Of a DNA stretch of 64,000 nucleotides, positions 56,991-64,000 are shown piece by piece. Position 1 is the stretch's first letter; every line of letters starts with the position of its first letter. The notes under the pieces were generated by a model. It saw only the letters and a program-made list of their open reading frames with translations, was not told the origin of the DNA and did not search any database. The stretch lies in assembly GCA_951406725.2 (NCBI GenBank), contig OX597822.1, forward strand, positions 4,092,001 through 4,156,000. Direction: 5' to 3'. The position numbers were made by a program, and so were the translations under genes. The DNA is from Octopus vulgaris. Its lineage: Eukaryota.

Positions 56991-57697
56991 TGGTCTCATT
57001 CTATTTATTGCGGATATATATATCCGCAAGTGATCGCTTGTGTGCCCGTGAGTGTGCATGTGCGTGTATGAGTGTGTGTATTCCAATATATATATGTATG
57101 TGTGTGTGTGTGTGTGTGTGTGTATTCCTATATATATATATATATGCGTGTGTGTGTATGTATGTATATGTATATATATGGTTCAAAATTGTACAAAAAC
57201 TTTAAAAAACGCAAAAGACAGAGACAGGTGTAGGAGCAACGAACAAGGTGAATTAGTTCGATTCTTAGAGAAAATGGAAGAGTCTACAGAAAGGAATGAA
57301 GATAGAATTCTAATGGAGAGAGGAAAACACGATGGCAGAGTCATCATTTATTTGGATCATCACGATTCTGAATTCAATTCCTCCGAATAAATTTACTTTT
57401 CTTTTTCAATAATTAAAAATAATAAACTGGAGTGATTTCAATCAAATATAACACTGTCAACATTTGCATTATTTTTAAGGACTGGTAAGCAGTGAGTTGG
57501 CAGAACCGTTAGAGCAGAGGGGGAAATACTCAGAGCTATTTCTTTCGCTTTTTGAGGTTCAAATCTTGGTGATGTCAACTTTACCTTTTGTTCTTTTGGG
57601 GTTGCTAAAATAAGTATCAGTTACTATGATTGATAATATCTACTAATCCCCGACCCCTAAAAATTGCTGGTTCTGTGTCCATGATAGAAGACTTTGT

Positions 57698-58172
57698 GGA
57701 TCTTTTCGGTTTGAACGGCAGTTTTTAACATAATTTCTAGGTAACTAAAAAATTTTAAACTTCGTATACTGGTAGAATGTGTTTATAAAACATCTTTTTC
57801 TCTTGGCTTTATTGAGAACATTCTTTTGTTTGTAAGATATTTGTTGTTTTTTTCTTCAATTTCTGCAATTTCAACCAATCAATGACCGTCTATTGAGGTG
57901 AAAACATTCTGTGCCGTATGAATATGTCCCTCGTTTAAGAAACAGATTGGGTTTATTTACATTTGTGAAGAAAAAAGATACCCTTCCCCCACCCTAACCC
58001 TAACTAACCCTAACTAACCCTAACTCTAACCCTAACTCTAACCCTAACCCTAACTCTAACCCTAACCCTAAAATAGATTGAAATGCAATAGATCGATACT
58101 AGGGTCATAATTATGGGTGACAATTTCATATGACACCGCTAGAAAAAACTGCCGTTCAAACCGAAAGGATCC
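57698..58172. mobile_element. Non-autonomous TIR element with internal telomere-type repeats, copy 2, 8-bp TSD
   Basis: Same TIRs and body as 52407-52841; GACTTTGT at 57690-57697 and 58173-58180; CCCTAA/CTCTAA/CTAA array at ~57992-58071. Confidence 0.93.
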
Positions 58173-59349
58173 GACTTTGTTCATCTATCGGCTTCTCGTA
58201 GGAGTGTAGCTGCGATCTTTTAGCTAAGCTAATTATATATCTCCCAAGTCGTCTCTAAGCAGTTTCTGCATAATTCTACTCATCTCTTGAATCTACACGT
58301 ATAGCGAGGCCATATAAGTTCAAACGTATTGTTGAACTGGATTCTCATCATTCAGTTCAACCACACTTTCTCTTCCCTCCTCATAATGAAAGGCAAACAT
58401 ATCATTATCTTAACACTTCTTTACTAATTTATTCATCTTTGTTTTGTTTTTGTCTTTCCTTCTGTGGTAACGGGAGCATATTTTATGCTTTCCTTCTCTA
58501 CTTTCCATTATATTTTGTTTTGTTTTAGACATGTTTTGTTTTGTCTTGTAAATATATTTATTTTAACCAATTGCAAAGGGCCAAGCCACACGGAAAAGTA
58601 ATTATGTCTAATGCTCCACCAAATTAATTTCAGAGTGTAAGGTCAGGTCGGAAAGTCGTGAAAGTAATCAAATATTTTCTGTAAATCCAGATGGTGAAGG
58701 CATTCATTCCCAGTAAATAGATTATCACCGTTTAATTATCCATGGAATTCGAATCGTCGATCTTCAGCATTCCATTTCAACGTCATGACCTTTGAGCTTA
58801 AGTATTATTGCACATTTTATTTTCTTATTGTTATTGTTTTCAGCGAAAAATAAAATAAGACCGAAGCATTAGATACGATATTTTGTTTGTTCACAGCGCA
58901 TCTACATATTTCATATTTCTCTTGTGATTACTTCGATGTCTCTGATGGAAATCACAAATAGTCTCAACGTTTCGAGGGTAGTATTACATAACATTGCAAT
59001 ATTGATTCCTGACATTGGAACAAGCTGACAAACTGATACCATGGTGAACTTAGAGGTGTATTTAAAAGTAAACAAAAGCAAAGGTATTGATATAAGGCAG
59101 CATGAACGAAAGAGAATTCTATAAGTAAAAAAAGGCAACATCAAAATACAAGCTCACTACCCGTTCAGGTATTCTACCGGCTTAATATGTCTATTTATAA
59201 CTAATACTTTGTAGTACTCGGTTAGACCCCTTGTAGATTAAAGATTCGATCCCTACCACTGCCTACTAAGGCTTTTGAATGCCCAGGTTAATAGAAATGT
59301 TAGTAATAATACTACATTAGATTATATAAGCCATATATTTTGCCCTATA

Positions 59350-59515
59350 GGCGCAGGTGTGGCTATGTGGTAAGAAGCTTGCTTCCCAACCACATGGTTC
59401 CGGGTTCAGTACCACTGCGTAGCACCTTGGGTGAGTGTCTTCTACTATAGCCTCAGGCCGACCAAAGCCTTGTGAGTGGATTTGGTAGACGGAAACTGAA
59501 AGAAGCCCGTCGTAT
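59350..59515 (+). mobile_element. SINE family A, 5' half ending at the internal (TA)n
   Basis: Head and CORE-like block through GAAAGAAGCCCGTCGTATATA. Confidence 0.9.
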
Positions 59516-59984
59516 ATATATATATAGAAGTATAACATACACACTATATGTTCCAACAAAAAATAAGTAGTTTAATTTTGGCGTAAGAAGACTCAATCGT
59601 TACCTTGTTTTACACCCGTGTGCTAAAACTTAGAGATAAACACAAATTATAATAATAACCGAAACTGATTCAGTACATGGGTAATTATTTTATTTCGTAT
59701 ATTTTCATTTGTCTTGTTCAATGCTTTGGTTTTGTGCTGAGTTTTATTTGAGAACATACTCTTTGTGGAGAATGGCGATTTGACGTCTATATCTAGCATG
59801 TTGACTGTCCACTTTTCGTGTTCAGTCCTTAATTGGTATATATAAATATTTTAATCTTCGGATTCTTTTTAATATGCTAGACCACTGGTTTTAATTGACT
59901 AATATCAATTTCTACCCTTAATTAATTGTATTTGTATATATACATATCAAATTGACCATGCAAAAGTTTGTTTTCAATCTGTCT

Positions 59985-60220
59985 AACATACTTTTCCTTT
60001 TCCTCCTATTCCACACTTAATCACCTGTTCCTTATTCAATGTCCTTAGTAGTTCTATGCTGTTCAGTAAATATTCCAATAGCATTTTGCTTTCCATCGGT
60101 TCAAACTCTTCAACAGCAACGAAGCCTCTTCCACCTTGGTCTCTCTTCAGGTGCGGCCTGTTACAATTAGCCTTCTCATGCTGGGCTTTCTTTTCTTTTT
60201 TGTCAACTTTCTCAGTGTCT
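59985..60220 (-). mobile_element. R4/Dong-like LINE fragment (post-RT region)
   Basis: HEKANCNRPHLKRDQGGRGFVAVE resembles H..A...RLYL.R..GGRGL. Confidence 0.6.
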
Positions 60221-60221
60221 A

Positions 60222-60234
60222 TCATTATTATTAA

Positions 60235-60285
<51 letters not shown>

Positions 60286-60480
60286 CATCATCATCATCAT
60301 TGTATAAGGCGACGAGCCCGCAGAGTCGTTGGCATGCTTAGCGGCATTTCGGCCGGTTTTATATTCTGAGTCCAAATTCCACCGAGGTCGACTTTAATAT
60401 TCATCCTTCCGGAGTCGATGTAATCGACTAAGCCGCACCTCCAGAAAAACATTTCAGGCTTTGTACCTATATAAGAATGG

Positions 60481-60535
<55 letters not shown>

Positions 60536-60800
60536 CCATCACACCATCACCATCACCATCATCACCACCATCACCATCACCATCATCACCATCACCATCA
60601 TCACCATCACCACCACCACCACCATTATCATCATCATCATCATCATCATCATTATTATTATTATTATTATAGTTATTAATGCGGCGAATTGGCAGAATTG
60701 TAGCTTTTTGTTCCGTCTTCATGTTTTGAGTTCAAATTCCGCCAAGGTCGACTTTGGCTATCATCCTTTCAGGGTCGATATAAATGCCAGTTTCTGCTAG
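60222..60800. repeat. (ATT)n/(CAT)n/(CAC)n arrays interleaved with two degenerate SINE B copies
   Basis: Directly visible; SINE B blocks at ~60307-60475 and ~60680-60800. Confidence 0.85.
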
Positions 60801-61321
60801 TAGAAACGATTATTATTGTTATTCCTGCTTCAAGGTTAACGGAAATTGATGCAATTCTTGGCTTTGATACATTTTGCTACTTATTTTGCAGCTGTTGGTT
60901 GTTGTTTTTGGCCAACCGCGATTTAGACACATTAATTTATTCTATTTCCTTTCCACGTTAAATAATATATTTATTTTATTTGTGTAACTGAATTATTTTG
61001 ACTGTTTCCACAATATGTATGGTGTTATCAAAACGTGCAAGATTATAAGTATGTGTGTATATGAGTGTTTGCTTGCTTGTCTGTGTGTTTGTCTGTGTGC
61101 TCACAGGCGCGCGGCGCGTGTGGGTTATTAAAAACGAATCTAAGATATGAATTCGGTGGAAGAAAAATGAATTTTGTTGAACTAAATTTTATCCAGTCCC
61201 GGATTAAAACATACCATGCGAGCGCGAACAGAGGCACACGCACAGCGAGACACACACACACACACACACACAAGGACAGGCGCACACGCACACATATACA
61301 CTTGTATATAAAGTTAATCCA

Positions 61322-61518
61322 AACATGAAAATACAAATAGAAAACACAACAACGCGAGGACGTGGAACAAGTATAGTATTATTGGATGCTCAGGAAAGAA
61401 GGAAAGAAGGAGGGTTTTACGTTTCGAGCGGAGCTCTTCGTCGTAAATATAGGAGAAGGAAAGAGCCAAAGAAGGGAAGACAGAGGTAAAAAAAAATCGC
61501 CAACGGTACACACGCGCT
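61322..61518 (-). mobile_element. PLE-type hammerhead-bearing unit (related subfamily)
   Basis: Minus strand TTT-ACGACGA-A-GAGC-TCC-GCTC-GAAA-CG-TA-AAA at ~61415-61447; (TA)n adjacent. Confidence 0.65.
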
Positions 61519-61556
61519 CATATATATATATATACGTATATACATATAATGTCTAT

Positions 61557-61588
<32 letters not shown>

Positions 61589-61619
61589 CGTTCGTAAACA
61601 TATATCCGAAGTATTTATT

Positions 61620-62000
61620 TAAGTTAGATAATGCTGGTTTATGGGTTTATAGGTTTCACGTCCATAAAAGGCCTGGCTTTATGGCGTATCACCACATTCC
61701 AAAAGCTATTGGCAAAAGGCCTCTCTAGAATATGGAGGAGGAAAGGAGCTCGTTACTCAATGTCAACAAAGATGATTATCTCCCCTTCGCTATCGATTAC
61801 AGATGTCAACAAAGGAGAATGTGTCCCTTTGGCTATCGATCACCCCATTGAATAACGAACTCATTTCCTCTTCCATATTGTAGAGAAGCCACTCACTAGA
61901 GAGACTTTTAGTCAACAGATTTTGGGATCTGATGATACACCATAAAGCCAGGTCCTTTATGGACGTGAGACCTAAGGTAATCCCATAACTCTAATATCTG
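61620..62000. mobile_element. Inverted pair of PLE-like terminal repeats, each with a hammerhead motif
   Basis: Plus 61923-61985: TGGGAT-CTGATGA-TACACCATAAAG-CCAGGTC-CTTTATGGACGT-GAG-ACCTAAGGT-A-ATCCCA; mirror copy on minus at ~61642-61701. Confidence 0.75.
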
Positions 62001-62479
62001 TCTGTGTATCTATTTATCTATATACGTGTGTATTATTATTATTATTGTTGTTGTTGTTGTTGTTGTTGTTATTAGTCATGACGAAGATCGCGATTCGATT
62101 GTAATAGATATTTTATTGGTTGAACGATATTTCGGCAATAGACCTGTCTTTGTCGATAAAAATTCAAAATTATAGAAATTTAAATTTAAAGTATGAACGA
62201 GAGAAACCAGCGTACACACGTTGATGGAAGGACATCATCAGTCTTTAAGTTTCAATTTTATAACAGGCGAAAACAAAAACACAGAAAAGAGAAAAGACAG
62301 ATATAAAGACAGGAAGAAAGAGGAAAGAAAAAAAGGGAAGGACAAAAAGAAGAATATTTAATCAAATAGTTTTGTATCAATTTGATGATATTCTCCTGTC
62401 ATTTTATTCATTCCTCCTGGGCGGGATGTTAATAACCCGCAAATATATTTCTCCTCATGCTTTTGAGAAGTGAAAGTGA

Positions 62480-63695
62480 AGCAGATTCATTCAGAATATT
62501 TTCTGAGAATATACACTTTCAAGTCTTTTGCAAAATTGCAGCCGTTTGAAGCAAAATGTTCGACAAGTTCAATCGAACTACTGTTATTGTGCCAGACGTC
62601 ATTTGGGTACATGCCAGTTCTCTCTAACTGGGTTTCCGCTCTCGAACTCTCCAGGATTTCTCGCATCATCGCCACCGCCCCCTCTCCCACCATGTCACTC
62701 CAGTTCTCATCTCCTGCTTGTCTCTTGGTGTAACTTCATGCCGTACGCAGCCACCCTGCGATCGGTTAAAGACCTAATAACATCCCGCACATTGAGAAGT
62801 TCTCTCCTGCTGACGTTGGTACCCAGCTCCGGCATCTCGTCACCCCTACGAAACACCAACTCGCCTGTTCTGTCTCTCTGAAGCTTAAGCCCCAGTGCAG
62901 CTCCTGCAGCCATTGGCTTCGATGGCTTCGCAATCAACCCAAATTTCTTCAAATGTCTCACAACCTCTGAGGCAGGCACTATAGTCTCGTCCACTAGGAT
63001 GTCATCTATGTAGGAACTGACGGCCATTTTTTGTCCTGTATACTTTTCCCATGATGGATTTAAGCACTGTCGCCATGATCTTCGGCGCAGAATTCGGCCC
63101 CAAACCCAGCCTTGTCAGACAATATGTCTGGCCCTTGTATCGCACCAGTTGGTACTGCCACAGTTTGTCGCTCCCATGGAGCTGCAAATATGCGATCGTT
63201 GCCACCTTAGGTCCACTGCCATACACGCAGCGTCTCATCGCCGTTCATCTCCCGAAAGTCCAGTACCGGTCAAACTTTGCCATTTTTGGCTGCACCACTA
63301 CCATTAGAGGTAGCGTTCCACTCATCACTTTCTTTTTCCACGGGATAAGGACACCTTCCTTAATCTACTTCTCTACCTCTTGTTCAAACTTTCCCCAGGC
63401 GTGCCCTTTCGGGGTACGCTGGTAGCAGCTCACCTTGTTCTTCTGCGTCGGGGATCCCTCTTTTCAGCGCCACTCTATCGTCCATCGCTGATCATTGAGC
63501 GCCGCCTGAAAATTCTGGTCTTCAATGGCGTGGGCAGTGCAGCTCCTCGCGGGGCTCTGCTCCCGCTCACATTCCTGACTCACGGTGCACGACGCCTCCA
63601 TAGCACCAAACGAAAGTAAGTCTCCTACGACACTGACACTTTGAAGGCAGTCGATTGCGCCAATCCCCATTACCACGTTGATCTCGTCTACCACG
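62480..63695 (-). mobile_element. LTR-retrotransposon (Ty3/Gypsy-like) pol remnant: protease end, RT, connection
   Basis: AYLQLH..LWQYQLVRYKGQTYCLTRLGLGPNSAPKIM and SSYIDDILVDE..HLKKFGL; broken into ORFs 63464..63694, 63002..63238, 62707..63027 and 62487..62693. No LTRs recognised. Confidence 0.8.
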
Positions 63696-64000
63696 CATCA
63701 TATATAATAAACACATCCAATTTTCTTCAACAACCAGCGTAACTTGAGTCTTATAAAATGAAAGGCTTATATTACTCAGAACGTATGAAATAAGGGTTAA
63801 ACTAAATGTTTGAAAACAATTATAGATTTATTTGTTTATTGTACAATAGGGTCAACATGTATTTATCCATTGCACAGATAGTGTCAGTTCGTCACATTAA
63901 TCAGGGCTACTTCTATAAACAACTCTTTCGGTGGATATAACTTGGAGAGGTGCACCTCCAAGTTCACTTGTTCTAGATGACCTACATTAAGGCGATTTCT

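Noticed and set aside
57992-58071. True telomere or chromosome fusion site
   Set aside because: Short, degenerate and enclosed within a TIR element present twice.

Overview
AT-rich, microsatellite-dense eukaryotic DNA with no recognisable intact host gene. The tRNA-derived SINE families and (AT)n/(ACAT)n/(GATA)n load point to an Octopus (coleoid cephalopod) genome, intergenic or deep-intronic (inference). The window is mostly transposon debris: R4/Dong-like, Tx1/L1, RTE and CR1-like LINEs, Penelope-like elements (PLE), a Gypsy-like pol fragment, mariner and Tc1 remnants, a small Helitron, three SINE families, two copies of a TIR element carrying telomeric repeats, and a decayed initiator-tRNA copy. 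The main signal not explained by the ORF track is a dense, diverse set of more than ten hammerhead-ribozyme-like motifs from several unrelated families. Several have an intact CUGAUGA/GAAA/GUH core and a palindromic stem III, one recurrent family has a variant core, and many sit in short units embedded in (TA)n tracts or in inverted pairs. Nearly all long ORFs in the track are microsatellite artefacts. Coordinates were counted by hand and may be off by a few bases; protein motifs were read by eye across frameshifts.
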